Notes: generated by a model not told the origin, from the letters alone. DNA of 64,000 bases from Cyanobacteria bacterium auto_48_18 (GCA_036170915.1 JAVHQC010000035.1:32001-96000), one strand, 5' to 3'; shown: positions 29,029-39,136, counted from the first letter of the stretch. Numbers and translations: made by a program.

Positions 29029-30594
29029 CTAATGCTGTTTTGTAACGGGAAACTCCTGCAGCATTTTGCCCTTCCAGTAAATGATAACGGCAAGTTGATG
29101 GTCATCTTTGACAATGTTTGGACATGAGAAATAAAGAGTGCGTTCAGCACCAGCAGCAAAAGGCATAGATGCTGATGATGCCACTGGTAATGCCACGGAT
29201 CCGTTGTTGCGACGTTTGGTGCGGTCGAAAAACACAGCCGTTAGTTGCAAGTCAGTGACAGGCTGACCGCTGACGTTCTTTATCTTGATCTCGCCTTCAG
29301 GAGTTAAGCTGCCTTTGGCTAACCAATTATGTGATGAAACCACTGAAATAGGCGAGGCGCCTGGGTTCCACACATCGGTCTTCACTTCGGCTTTGACTTC
29401 ATCTTTCTTTTGCTCTTTAATCAGCATTGTCAGTTGCTCAGCTACCCGTTCAGCGTGACCCTTTACCGACATTGCTTCTTGCGTTTTATTTTCTTTGGCC
29501 AGAAGAGCGCTCCAGGTGTTGAGAGTGCTCAACAGTTGCTTTAAGAGCGAAATAGAAGCTTCGGGTTTCAGCGAAACCGCCTCTTCAAGTGAACGGACCG
29601 CGCCGGGATAATTTTGCAATTTCAAATTGAGAGTAGCTAAGAGTTCATAATTGTCAAAACTTTTTTCTTTATCAACCAGCTCAGTAAGAGCTTCCTGAGC
29701 CCCCTCAAGATCTTTTTTAGCCAGCAATAGTTCTATTAATCGGTGCCGCGCTTCCAGGTTGTTGGCATCTTGCTGGCAAACTATTTTATAGTTTTGAATC
29801 GCCTTGGTTGTGTCTTTTTTATGACTGTATAAGCCAGCCAGGGCAATACGGGTGCTTGGCTCGTCGCTCACCGTCAGGCTTTTCTCCAGCATACTGATGG
29901 CCTGATCTTCGTCTTTATCACGAGTTTCGGCCAGGGCCGCCAATTGCCGATATGATTCTGCCAGTTGATGAGGCACTTGAGACTTTAGTGGCTCCTCCAG
30001 ACTATCTTTATATTGCCAGGCCTTGCTTAAATGCGTGACGGCGCTATCAATGGCTCCGGCAGCCAAGTTTGCTTCAGACCAGCGTAAATACATGCGCGCC
30101 CGGCTATTGGAAAGCTCCGCTGGTTTTACCACTTGCAGCGCAGAATTATAAAGACGCTCTGCTTCTTCATAATGATTGTGATTTTGATAATAAGTGGAAT
30201 AGCTGTCTACCACTGGCGCCAGATTGACATCCTGACAGCGCACTCTAAAAGCGGTGTCGAGGGCGGTGCGGCCTTCGGCAAAACGGTCAGTGGCCAAATA
30301 GGCCTGGGCAAGCCAGGGATAAACCCCCACGTTTGCCGGATCTTTGCGCACCAGATCTTCCAATAAAGGCACAGCCGTAGCGGCTTTGTTCGTACGCACC
30401 ATGGCAGCGGCCTTCCCAAGCGGTGTCTCTTTCGGCGTAAAGACAATGTAACCAATCGCAAGCAGAGCGCAAACAATCAAACTAATTACAACAAATGGAA
30501 CACCCTTGCCTGCTTTAGGAGCACGAGGCCGCCCGTCGGCATCCACTTCGTTAGAAGGGGAAGAATCGCTCTTAGTGCCGTCTTTGCCTGACAT
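29029..30594 (-). CDS. membrane-anchored TPR protein with C-terminal Ig-like (FxLYD-like) domain
   Basis: N-terminal TM, multiple TPRs, GEIKIKNVSG..LTAVFFD. Confidence 0.8.
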   Translation of the reverse strand: MSGKDGTKSDSSPSNEVDADGRPRAPKAGKGVPFVVISLIVCALLAIGYIVFTPKETPLGKAAAMVRTNKAATAVPLLEDLVRKDPANVGVYPWLAQAYLATDRFAEGRTALDTAFRVRCQDVNLAPVVDSYSTYYQNHNHYEEAERLYNSALQVVKPAELSNSRARMYLRWSEANLAAGAIDSAVTHLSKAWQYKDSLEEPLKSQVPHQLAESYRQLAALAETRDKDEDQAISMLEKSLTVSDEPSTRIALAGLYSHKKDTTKAIQNYKIVCQQDANNLEARHRLIELLLAKKDLEGAQEALTELVDKEKSFDNYELLATLNLKLQNYPGAVRSLEEAVSLKPEASISLLKQLLSTLNTWSALLAKENKTQEAMSVKGHAERVAEQLTMLIKEQKKDEVKAEVKTDVWNPGASPISVVSSHNWLAKGSLTPEGEIKIKNVSGQPVTDLQLTAVFFDRTKRRNNGSVALPVASSASMPFAAGAERTLYFSCPNIVKDDHQLAVIIYWKGKMLQEFPVTKQH

Positions 30595-30653
30595 TTACTT
30601 TCTGTTGATTTCCTTTGATTACACATTTGTCTTCGACAAACTAGACATGCGTA

Positions 30654-31577
30654 GTGGTATCAGAAGCTATAATAACGTTCAGTATGACGCAGGATATTAA
30701 GCTCACGCCCACTTGTTCATTCGTTGACATCGTCCCACGATCTCAGCCTCTGACTCAAGGAGATAATCATGTAATTACCGCTCGCACCTGGGGCTCGTCC
30801 TCAGATTGCCGGGCGGCAGTATTGCTCGTGCACGGGCTTGGTGCCCATAGTGGATGGTTTGAGGCCCTCGCCAGACGCTTAAAGGTGAAGAGAATCTTCT
30901 CTCTTGCCTACGACCATGTTGGACATGGCAAGCGCGCCACTCAAGTCTTAATGATGAAGCAGCAATGGCTCAATGATTTAAAAGAAGCCTATGAATATTT
31001 GCGCGAGACTGTTGGCGACCGGCCAATCTTTGTCATGGGAAACAGCATGGGAGCTGTGGTTGCCCTCAAGGCTTTGCAAGAAATCACCCCCTCAGGGCTG
31101 GTGATGTTTTCGCCAGGTTTTGACGGCCATCCAGAAATGTTCAAACTTTCCTACCGCCTCAGAGCGATGAGCACAGCACTAATTAGCCCAGACAAATTGC
31201 TCACCCTTCCATACACGACTGATCAAATTACACGTGAGCCGCAAGTGCGCAACTGGCTTGCCAATGATCCAGATCGCAAATTTGAGCTCAGCGCCCGTAT
31301 GCTTTTAGAGCTGCTCAAGCTTACTCAAGACACAAAGTCTTCCACTCGGCGCAAATTGCCTTGCCCCATATATATGTTTACTTCTGGCCACGAAACAATC
31401 GTCAATAATCTGGTCAGCGAAGCTATCTTTGAAAGACTGAGTGCACCAAGCAAGCGCAAGCACTCTTTCCCTGAAGCCTGGCACGATTTGATGTTCGATC
31501 CGGTGCTTGATGAGCTTGTACAGCTCTTGCTTACATGGATTGACGAAGTTTCAAAAGAGCAGCTGTCAGTTTCTTAG
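30654..31577 (+). CDS. alpha/beta hydrolase, lysophospholipase-like (ATG 30684 is a likely alternative start)
   Basis: VHGLGAHSGWF, DHVGHG, GNSMG, AWHDL. Confidence 0.9.
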   Translation: MVSEAIITFSMTQDIKLTPTCSFVDIVPRSQPLTQGDNHVITARTWGSSSDCRAAVLLVHGLGAHSGWFEALARRLKVKRIFSLAYDHVGHGKRATQVLMMKQQWLNDLKEAYEYLRETVGDRPIFVMGNSMGAVVALKALQEITPSGLVMFSPGFDGHPEMFKLSYRLRAMSTALISPDKLLTLPYTTDQITREPQVRNWLANDPDRKFELSARMLLELLKLTQDTKSSTRRKLPCPIYMFTSGHETIVNNLVSEAIFERLSAPSKRKHSFPEAWHDLMFDPVLDELVQLLLTWIDEVSKEQLSVS

Positions 31578-31637
31578 TAGTTATCTGATTCTTAGTGGCT
31601 TTCTGATTCTTAGTAGCTTTCTGATTCTTAGTAGGTT
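31566..31637. repeat. 4 x 18-bp tandem repeat, consensus TCTGATTCTTAGTAGCTT
   Basis: Units at 31566, 31584, 31602 and 31620; the first overlaps the hydrolase stop codon. Confidence 0.9.
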
Positions 31638-31727
31638 TTTATCAAGCGCTCAGCAGTGCATAACACGGCCCAACTAGCTTCGACCACTGCTGGCTAGGCT
31701 AAGATAATTTAGGCTTCATTCAACATA

Positions 31728-33701
31728 TTGAAAACTGGCTATAATATGGGCTGGTGGGAATCTGAGGTGCTTTACATGCTGGTGGATCGGAAGATATCCG
31801 ATAGTATTACTGATCGCAATATTGCGGCAGTATTTTTTGCTCGTGCCAAAGAACTCGATCATCTTAATTGCGTCGAATTCAAAGAGAAGAAAGAGCCATA
31901 CCGCTCTATGAACTGGCGCGAATTCAGCAAACTGGTGCAGCAAATCGCCCTGGGCCTGATGACTATCGGCCTGAAATCCGGCGAAAAAGCAGCCATTTTT
32001 TCTTCAACCACGCACTTCTGGGTAGCAGCCGACATTGCCACCATATCTAATGGCGCCATATCAGTGCCTGTCTATCCCACATCTTCCGCCAGCGACATTG
32101 AATTTATTATCAACAACAGTCAGGCGAAAGTACTTTTCGTGCAGAACGAAAACATCCTCAAACGCGCTCTGGCAGTTAGAAGTTCTCTGCCAACAGTGCA
32201 GAAAATTGTGCTCTTTTATTTGCCAGCTGATGTTAAATCGGTAGACGAACTGGCAGACAAATATAATTTGCCTAACGGCTATTTAGTCGACATCGAGTCT
32301 TTGCGTAAACTCGGTGCCAGCCTCGATACAGCTCACTTGAAAATTCTTGAAGATAGAATGAAAGGCACACCAAAAGATGGTATTGCCACCATCATTTATA
32401 CCTCTGGAACAACCGGAGTGCCAAAGGGCGTGCCTCTTACTCACAGTAATATTATGGCTGTGATTGAAGACATGAAGCCAATTCTCTCGGTAGATGAAAG
32501 AGCAGTTTATCTTTCCTATCTGCCGCTCTCACATATATTCGAACGCATTTGCGGCGAATTTTACTGGCTTACCCATGGCGGCGTTTGTGCCTTTGCCGAA
32601 AGTATTGAGACCATGGGCCGCAACATGGCTGAGGTCGAACCGACTCTTATGCTAGTGGTGCCAAGAGTACTTGACCGCATTTATGCGAAAGTAAAAAGCG
32701 GCATCGACGGTGCTTCTCCAAGACGCAGAGCCCTGATTGATTGGGCTATTGCTACCGGTGAAGAAATTGTCGAAAAACAGGCCGACGGCAAGAAGATTGG
32801 TCCAATTTTGTGGGCCAAACAAAAAATTGCCGACAAAATGGTTTTGCAAAAATTGCGCGAAAAAATTGGCCCGGGCTTAAAGCTTATAGTCAGTGGTGGT
32901 GCCCCTGCCACTAAAGAAGTACTGACATTTTTCAATGCCATCGGCATCAGTTGTCTTGAAGGTTACGGCCTCACCGAAACTTCTGCACCCACTAACGTCA
33001 ATCGCCTCGGTAAGGTGCGCATAGGCACCGTTGGCCCGGCGCTTGATTCAGTGCATCAAAAATTGGCTGACGACGGTGAAATTCTCGTTAAAGGTCCAAC
33101 CATTTTTAAAGGGTATTACAACAATCCTGAAGCCAATCTGGAAGCCTTTGACGGTGAGTGGTTCAGAACCGGAGACATCGGCACAATTGACGCTGACGGC
33201 TTCTTGAAAATAACTGACCGCAAAAAAGATTTGATTATCAATTCCGCCGGCAAAAATATTGCTCCACAAAAAGTTGAAGCGGTATTAAAGACGGTGCCAT
33301 TTGTTACGCAAGCAGTTGTCTTTGGTGACCAACAGAAGCACCTGGTGGCGCTAATAACTTTAGACGAGCAGGCCGCCTGTGATTTTGCCCGCGAGCGTAA
33401 CTGGGAATTTGATTCTTACTTTGATTTGAGCCGCTCCAGTGCTTTGCTCGGATTTCTCAAACGGGAACTGCAAAACCGCTCATCAGCTCTGGCAGAGTAT
33501 GAGCAAGTAAAGCGCTTTGCCATTCTTGCAAATGAACTTTCCGTAGAAGCCGGAGAACTGACTGCCACTCTTAAGATCAAACGCAATGTAGTCGGTCGCA
33601 ACTACAAATCGCTGATTGACCAGCTCTACAGCAGTCCAGATCCTGTTGCCTATGACCATGAAAGTCAGGGCCAACGTGAACTTGCGCACACGAGCAAATA
33701 A
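31728..33701 (+). CDS. long-chain acyl-CoA/acyl-ACP synthetase (AMP-binding)
   Basis: IIYTSGTTGVPKG, LPLSHIFER, EGYGLTET, FRTGDIG, DRKKDLI, ELTATLKIKR. Confidence 0.93.
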   Translation: MKTGYNMGWWESEVLYMLVDRKISDSITDRNIAAVFFARAKELDHLNCVEFKEKKEPYRSMNWREFSKLVQQIALGLMTIGLKSGEKAAIFSSTTHFWVAADIATISNGAISVPVYPTSSASDIEFIINNSQAKVLFVQNENILKRALAVRSSLPTVQKIVLFYLPADVKSVDELADKYNLPNGYLVDIESLRKLGASLDTAHLKILEDRMKGTPKDGIATIIYTSGTTGVPKGVPLTHSNIMAVIEDMKPILSVDERAVYLSYLPLSHIFERICGEFYWLTHGGVCAFAESIETMGRNMAEVEPTLMLVVPRVLDRIYAKVKSGIDGASPRRRALIDWAIATGEEIVEKQADGKKIGPILWAKQKIADKMVLQKLREKIGPGLKLIVSGGAPATKEVLTFFNAIGISCLEGYGLTETSAPTNVNRLGKVRIGTVGPALDSVHQKLADDGEILVKGPTIFKGYYNNPEANLEAFDGEWFRTGDIGTIDADGFLKITDRKKDLIINSAGKNIAPQKVEAVLKTVPFVTQAVVFGDQQKHLVALITLDEQAACDFARERNWEFDSYFDLSRSSALLGFLKRELQNRSSALAEYEQVKRFAILANELSVEAGELTATLKIKRNVVGRNYKSLIDQLYSSPDPVAYDHESQGQRELAHTSK

Positions 33702-33733
33702 TCTAGCTTAACCTTTAGCAGTATCGCTGATTC

Positions 33734-34882
33734 TTAAGACAGAGCTTTAGCTGATTCGCTTCTTTCGGTTTTATCGAGAGCAGCTACTTTAAGCACTCTT
33801 GAGCGTCCGGCTTCGAGCACAAAAAGCGCACCGTCGTGGCCGAAGGCGACACCTGTCGGATTAACGAGCCCGGTGAGGAAAGTCTCAGCCCGGCCTTCGC
33901 GATTAACGCGAATCACGGTTCCGGCTCGTCCAGCAGTGATGTAGAGCCTGTCGAGGCTGTCCATGGCCAGGTTGCCGTCGTATCCGTCAGCGAAATTGAA
34001 ACTTTCAGATTCGGCTACTTGTATGCGCGCGACTTCGCGGCCATCAAGTGAACGTTTGACCACACAACCGGAAGCGTGCTCTAAGCACCACAAGAATCCG
34101 TCTCTTTCAAGCAAAAGACCTTGAGTGCCGTGGCCGGGACCACCTAGAAGAACTTCGTATTCACCAGTTTTATCTATCTTAAAGACGCCACCAGTGTTAG
34201 ATGGAAAATTAGAGACGTAGACTTCTTCACGAGCACCAATGGCGATGTCGGAAAGGAAAGTGCCGCCGCCGGTAAGATTGCCGTCAAGCTGAGCCAGGAT
34301 GCGGCCCGACTTGTTGGGATCAATCTTGTAAACGGTACCTTGGATGGTGGCTACATAAAGCACACCTTTGCGATCGAAGCGGAGACCAGATATGGTGCTG
34401 TTGCCTCGAATGCGCGCATATTCACTCAATTGTCCGTTGCTGTCGATGAACCAGACAGAACCGTCGCAAGAGAAATAAATGCCACCAGGCCCGGCAGTCA
34501 TGCGGGAGAAGCGATTGGAATATTGCGAGTTGAGTTGAGAAAGAATCCGTACAGCGTATCCTCGGGGAGCATCGGGAAGGTCAATTACGGATAATGACGA
34601 ACCGCTCCCCTTAGACTCCTTTTCGGTGACTAGCACTCCTTCATCTTCTTCAGCCGTCTCCGCAGACGTGATGTCGATATGAAGTATCAAATGAAGCGGT
34701 ACGAGAATACGACGAATGTGAATCTGGCCATCGCTCTCATGCGAATAAGACTCAACATCTATGTGGTCATGGTCAACAGAAAGAACGCGTCCGGTGACGG
34801 TGTTATGGCAGCCCATACCGTACCAGATTTGAATTTTCTGCCGGCTATCGACGAACCCCTGTAGCCTGGTCCTAAAGCTCAT
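33734..34882 (-). CDS. SMP-30/NHL-like beta-propeller protein with N-terminal Sm-like domain
   Basis: Repeated blades (GLRFDRKGVLYV, NLAMDSLDRLYI, PTGVAFGHDGALFV). Confidence 0.75.
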   Translation of the reverse strand: MSFRTRLQGFVDSRQKIQIWYGMGCHNTVTGRVLSVDHDHIDVESYSHESDGQIHIRRILVPLHLILHIDITSAETAEEDEGVLVTEKESKGSGSSLSVIDLPDAPRGYAVRILSQLNSQYSNRFSRMTAGPGGIYFSCDGSVWFIDSNGQLSEYARIRGNSTISGLRFDRKGVLYVATIQGTVYKIDPNKSGRILAQLDGNLTGGGTFLSDIAIGAREEVYVSNFPSNTGGVFKIDKTGEYEVLLGGPGHGTQGLLLERDGFLWCLEHASGCVVKRSLDGREVARIQVAESESFNFADGYDGNLAMDSLDRLYITAGRAGTVIRVNREGRAETFLTGLVNPTGVAFGHDGALFVLEAGRSRVLKVAALDKTERSESAKALS

Positions 34883-34985
34883 AGCAAATGCCCCTCACCA
34901 ATCACCAACAAATTCCCTAATCACTCGCCTAGCTTAAATGCTAGCTCAACTTCTATAAGTCGAGAGATCAATACTAACCCTACGC

Positions 34986-35396
34986 TTATTCTTCTACCCA
35001 TTCTTGGCGATCAACAATCAATGCGTGATTCCAAAACTGCTCAATTTTGTAAAAGCTGCGCTCTTTCTCTTGCAGAACATGCACGATCACCGAACCGTAA
35101 TCTAACAAAACCCATCTGGCCTCGCTCAGCCCTTCAATTGATTTGCGCTTGAAATTGTGGCTCCCAAGTACTTGATCAACTGCATTTGCTATAGCTTTTA
35201 CCTGTGCAGCGGATTCACCTCCAGCAAAAACAAAATACTCTGCCAGCACTGTTACCGACGCCACATCCAGCACCACAGTCGACTGGGCTAACTTACTTTC
35301 ACAGGCATTGGCTGCTAAGAAGGCAGCGGTCCTGGCATCGATGTTGCCGTCAACGGTTATTGGTCTCAAAGGAGGCCCACTCGAAGGATATGACAC
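34986..35396 (-). CDS. rsfS: ribosome silencing factor
   Basis: QVKAIA, WVLLDYGSVIVHV, R.FYKIEQFW. Confidence 0.93.
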   Translation of the reverse strand: MSYPSSGPPLRPITVDGNIDARTAAFLAANACESKLAQSTVVLDVASVTVLAEYFVFAGGESAAQVKAIANAVDQVLGSHNFKRKSIEGLSEARWVLLDYGSVIVHVLQEKERSFYKIEQFWNHALIVDRQEWVEE

Positions 35397-35658
35397 TATC
35401 TTTGTTCCCTTTCCATCTTGGATTTCACCATTTTCTTTGTTAAAAAGCGATTGCTTTACCTACCAGTTAAATCCGCCTGGCAAGCCATCTCTTTCCAATT
35501 ATGACGGCAAATGCTTATCAAGAGCGACAATTTATGCCAAGTCTCTTGTGTCAGCCCAACAGGTGCTGTATCTTTGTCGCTCAAGTGGTTATTAGACCGC
35601 CGAGAATACACTTTATGTTGTACTTTTGATTTAGGACCGGATACTAGGAGGAATCTCT

Positions 35659-35940
35659 GTGAACAAAGCAGAACTGGCTGCCGAAATTGCTGCTCGTACT
35701 AACACAACCAAGAAGTCCGTCGAAGAAATGCTTGCCGCTTTCACCGATTGCGTGACCGAAGTGGTAGCTAAAGGTGATCGCGTCACCTTGGTAGGTTTCG
35801 GAACATTCTTGCGCCGCGACAGACAAGCTCGCGAAACAAACAATCCACAAAAACCAGGTGAGAAAATCAAGGTGCCTGCTAAAAAGGTTCCTGCTTTCCA
35901 ACCTGGCAAAGAATTCAAAGACACCGTCGACAAGAAATAG
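35659..35940 (+). CDS. hup: HU-family DNA-binding protein
   Basis: MNKAEL, V.LVGFGTF, NPQ.PGEKI.VPA..VP.F.PGK.FKD. Confidence 0.95.
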   Translation: MNKAELAAEIAARTNTTKKSVEEMLAAFTDCVTEVVAKGDRVTLVGFGTFLRRDRQARETNNPQKPGEKIKVPAKKVPAFQPGKEFKDTVDKK

Positions 35941-35993
35941 TCTACGGCCTCTCTCTGAAGTGGTTTGGCCCGAAGGGCTTACAAAAAAGTATT

Positions 35994-36020
35994 AAGGGGA
36001 AGGTTAAACTTCCCCTTTTT
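35994..36020 (+). terminator. intrinsic terminator of the HU gene
   Basis: AAGGGGAAG-GTTAAA-CTTCCCCTT followed by a T tract. Confidence 0.85.
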
Positions 36021-36065
36021 CTTTGCAACTAACGAGTCTTTCTCTGGTGGAAAACTACGCCAAAG

Positions 36066-36097
36066 AAAAAAGCTTGAGCGATATCGCTCAAGCTTTT
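36066..36097 (-). terminator. perfect 30-bp palindrome, probable terminator of the pnp operon
   Basis: AAAAGCTTGAGCGAT|ATCGCTCAAGCTTTT at 36068-36097, with T6 on the minus strand. Confidence 0.75.
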
Positions 36098-36108
36098 AAA
36101 ACCGACTC

Positions 36109-37002
36109 TCACTCCCCTGAACTTTCAGGCTCCGGTGGCCCTTCCGGGCTTTTAGCAGGCACGACTAAATCGGTCCCGGTGGCTCCAATATATGTCGACA
36201 ACTGGGTGGAAAGTTCATTGATTCTGGCGTCATGAGGGCATTCCTGCAGGCCCTCTTTGAGCCAGTTGGCAGCCAGCGGTAATTGACCATGAGTGGCCAG
36301 CAAATTAACGATATGCAGGTAGCCTTCCACAAAATTAGCTTTGGCCCGAACGCAATGAGCGTAAGAGTCGCGGGCAAGGATGAAATCTCCGTCTGCCTCG
36401 GCGGCCTCACCGAGCTCATAAAAGACCATTGATTCAAGGGTGCTGGGCACTCCATTGTGCTGATTGCTGCGAGCCTGATCAATTAAACTGACTGATTCTG
36501 CAAGCTTGTCAGTAGCGGCACCATAGTTGCCACGCAATTTTTCGTTAACGCCCTGGTCGTAAAGCGCATAAGCACGGGTGAGTAAAGCGTAGTTGCGAGC
36601 TCGCGGTGCGATGCCCAAATCTACTGGCCCACCCACATCAGGAGGAGCAACGAATCTTGTCTGCCCTCGTTGAGTATGACTAACTCTTTGTGTATGGCTA
36701 ACTCGTCGAGCATGGGCTCTATGAGCGCTGCGTGTGGTGCCATGACGGCGGCCAGCAGCTCTGCTGCTACGCGCGCTTTTGCGCCCGCTTCTGGTGCTGC
36801 TACGCTGGGAAGATTTTACCCGGGCTTTGGAAGAACGGCCGCGAGATACTGCTTTTTTTGTGCTTCTGGAGTGGCTCTCAGTACGACGGGCGAAAGCTGC
36901 TTGCTCTAAGCCCGTCAGGTCAAACCAGATGCAGCCGGCCTGACTGATTAACAGCAGGCCGGCTACCGCAATTGCCCTTAAATTAAGAACTTTGTTGCTC
37001 AA
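36109..37002 (-). CDS. exported TPR protein with Arg/Ser/His-rich basic region
   Basis: Signal-like N-terminus, basic low-complexity region, TPR-like helices; overlaps the pnp end by 20 nt. Confidence 0.7.
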   Translation of the reverse strand: MSNKVLNLRAIAVAGLLLISQAGCIWFDLTGLEQAAFARRTESHSRSTKKAVSRGRSSKARVKSSQRSSTRSGRKSARSSRAAGRRHGTTRSAHRAHARRVSHTQRVSHTQRGQTRFVAPPDVGGPVDLGIAPRARNYALLTRAYALYDQGVNEKLRGNYGAATDKLAESVSLIDQARSNQHNGVPSTLESMVFYELGEAAEADGDFILARDSYAHCVRAKANFVEGYLHIVNLLATHGQLPLAANWLKEGLQECPHDARINELSTQLSTYIGATGTDLVVPAKSPEGPPEPESSGE

Positions 37003-39136
37003 GCTGTTGTTTCTCTTCGTCGCTGACGCCTTTCATGGTCAAGTTGACGCGATTGCGCTCGTCGATTTCTTTGACTTTGACCACTACTTTTTGGCCAACA
37101 GCCACCACGTCTTCCACTTTCTCCACTCGTCTGTTTTCCAGTTGTGAAATGTGCACCAGGCCTTCTTTACCAGGCAACACTTCAACGAAACAGCCTACGG
37201 GAATAATGCGGGTGACACGACCGTTGTAAACAACTCCCACTTCGATGCGTTTGACGAGATTTTGAATCCAGTCACGGGCAGCTTTACCGCCTTCTTGATC
37301 GACTGAGCCGATGCGCACGGTACCATCATCTTCGATGTCGATGCTGGCGCCGGTTTCTTCAATGATACGGCGAATCATTTTGCCGCCTGGTCCGATTACC
37401 GTACCAATATCTTCTTGATTGATATGGATAGTGATGATGCGTGGAGCCCATGGAGACATCTCTTCACGAGAAGCAGGCAATACAGCTTCCATCTTTTCAA
37501 TGATATGAACACGGCCTTTTTTAGCCTGGTCCAGGGCGATGCGCATTACTTCTAATGAGATGCCTTCGATTTTGATATCCATTTGCAGAGCGGTAATGCC
37601 GTCTCTAGAACCGGTGACTTTGAAGTCCATGTCGCCAAGGAAATCTTCCAGACCTTGAATGTCGGTAAGTACTGCAAAGCGTTCGCCTTCCAGAATCAGA
37701 CCCATGGCAATGCCACCAATAGTGGCTTTAAGCGGCACACCAGCATCCATGAGCGAAAGCGATGATCCGCATGTAGAAGCCATAGATGTAGAACCGTTTG
37801 ATTCCAATACTTCTGAAACCACACGAATTACATATGGGAAATCATCTTGACTGGGCAGAGCAGGCATCAATGCACGTTCAGCTAGAGCACCGTGGCCAAT
37901 TTCGCGGCGGCCAGGGCCACGCATTGGTTTGACTTCGCCCACTGAAAATCCGGGGAAGTTGTAATGGTGCATATAGCGCTTTTCAGTTTGCGGATCGACT
38001 GAATCTAATCTTTGAGCATCGGATCCGATACCAAGAGTAGCCACGGAAAGCACCTGGGTAGTGCCTCTTGTAAATAATCCGGTACCGTGTGCGCGTGGCA
38101 ATATTCCACATTCAATCGTTATCGGTCTGACTTCATCACAACGACGACCGTCAGCCCGAATGCCTGTATCAAGCACTTTGGCGCGCATCAATTCTGCTTC
38201 GTAATTTTCCAAATATTCGGCAATTTTGCTGCCGGATACTTTCTTTAGTTCATGATCATCAGCCAATTCAGCGATGGCGTCGACGATTGCTTTGGTGGCT
38301 TCATCAATGAAGCCTTGACGCACTGATTTGTCAGTAACTGAATCCATAGAAGCTTTAAGTGCTTCTGTAGCTTTAGACTCAACAATTTCTTTCAATGAAT
38401 CAATGGCAGGTGGTGCGACAAATTCTTTAACGGTGCGGCCGAAGGCTTTGACGAAGTCACGCTGCGCTTCTACTTGTTTCTTGATGATCTGGTGCGCGTA
38501 ATCGATAGCGCTCAAGATGTCTCTTTCGGTGACGAAGTCGCAGCCTGCTTCAACCATCATGATTGATGATTCGGTGCCGGCGACAATTAAGTCCATATCT
38601 GACAGTTCTAACTGTTCATATGTAGGGTTACCCACAAATTTGCCGTCAACGCGGCCAACGCGCACTGCGCCAATTGGCCCGTTAAATGGCAGCCCAGCCA
38701 GTTCTAAAGCGAAACTGGCACCCAGCATTGCCAGAGTTTCTGGTGGGTTTTCCATATCGGCACTCATAGTGGTAGCCACTATTTGCACGTCATTGCGATA
38801 GCCTTCTTTAAAGAGCGGGCGCACGGGTCTGTCAATCAAACGACTGGTGAGAATGCACTTGTCAGGCGCTTTGCCTTCACGACGGGGGAATGATCCGGGA
38901 ATGCGGCCAACCGAATAGAGTTTCTCTTCGTAGTCAACTAAAAGTGGGAAGTAATCGATTCCGTCTCTAACTTTTTTGCTTTCTGTACAGGTGACTAAAA
39001 CCATAGTCTCGCCGCAATAAATTTCTACGGCACCACCAGCTTGTTTGGCCATGCGACCGGCTTTAACTGTAATCGTTTTTCCGTCAATGACTAGCTCGGC
39101 TTTGTGTTGAGTGCCGGAACGTTCTTCTACTTGCAA
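36983..39136 (-). CDS. pnp: polyribonucleotide nucleotidyltransferase
   Basis: RLIDRP.RP, RREIGHG, SNGSTSMAS, GDMDFKV; KH and S1 domains. Confidence 0.98.
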   Translation of the reverse strand: MQVEERSGTQHKAELVIDGKTITVKAGRMAKQAGGAVEIYCGETMVLVTCTESKKVRDGIDYFPLLVDYEEKLYSVGRIPGSFPRREGKAPDKCILTSRLIDRPVRPLFKEGYRNDVQIVATTMSADMENPPETLAMLGASFALELAGLPFNGPIGAVRVGRVDGKFVGNPTYEQLELSDMDLIVAGTESSIMMVEAGCDFVTERDILSAIDYAHQIIKKQVEAQRDFVKAFGRTVKEFVAPPAIDSLKEIVESKATEALKASMDSVTDKSVRQGFIDEATKAIVDAIAELADDHELKKVSGSKIAEYLENYEAELMRAKVLDTGIRADGRRCDEVRPITIECGILPRAHGTGLFTRGTTQVLSVATLGIGSDAQRLDSVDPQTEKRYMHHYNFPGFSVGEVKPMRGPGRREIGHGALAERALMPALPSQDDFPYVIRVVSEVLESNGSTSMASTCGSSLSLMDAGVPLKATIGGIAMGLILEGERFAVLTDIQGLEDFLGDMDFKVTGSRDGITALQMDIKIEGISLEVMRIALDQAKKGRVHIIEKMEAVLPASREEMSPWAPRIITIHINQEDIGTVIGPGGKMIRRIIEETGASIDIEDDGTVRIGSVDQEGGKAARDWIQNLVKRIEVGVVYNGRVTRIIPVGCFVEVLPGKEGLVHISQLENRRVEKVEDVVAVGQKVVVKVKEIDERNRVNLTMKGVSDEEKQQLEQQSS

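Noticed and set aside
31566..31637. Possible CRISPR array
   Set aside because: The 18-bp units are directly adjacent with no unique spacers, and no cas genes are present
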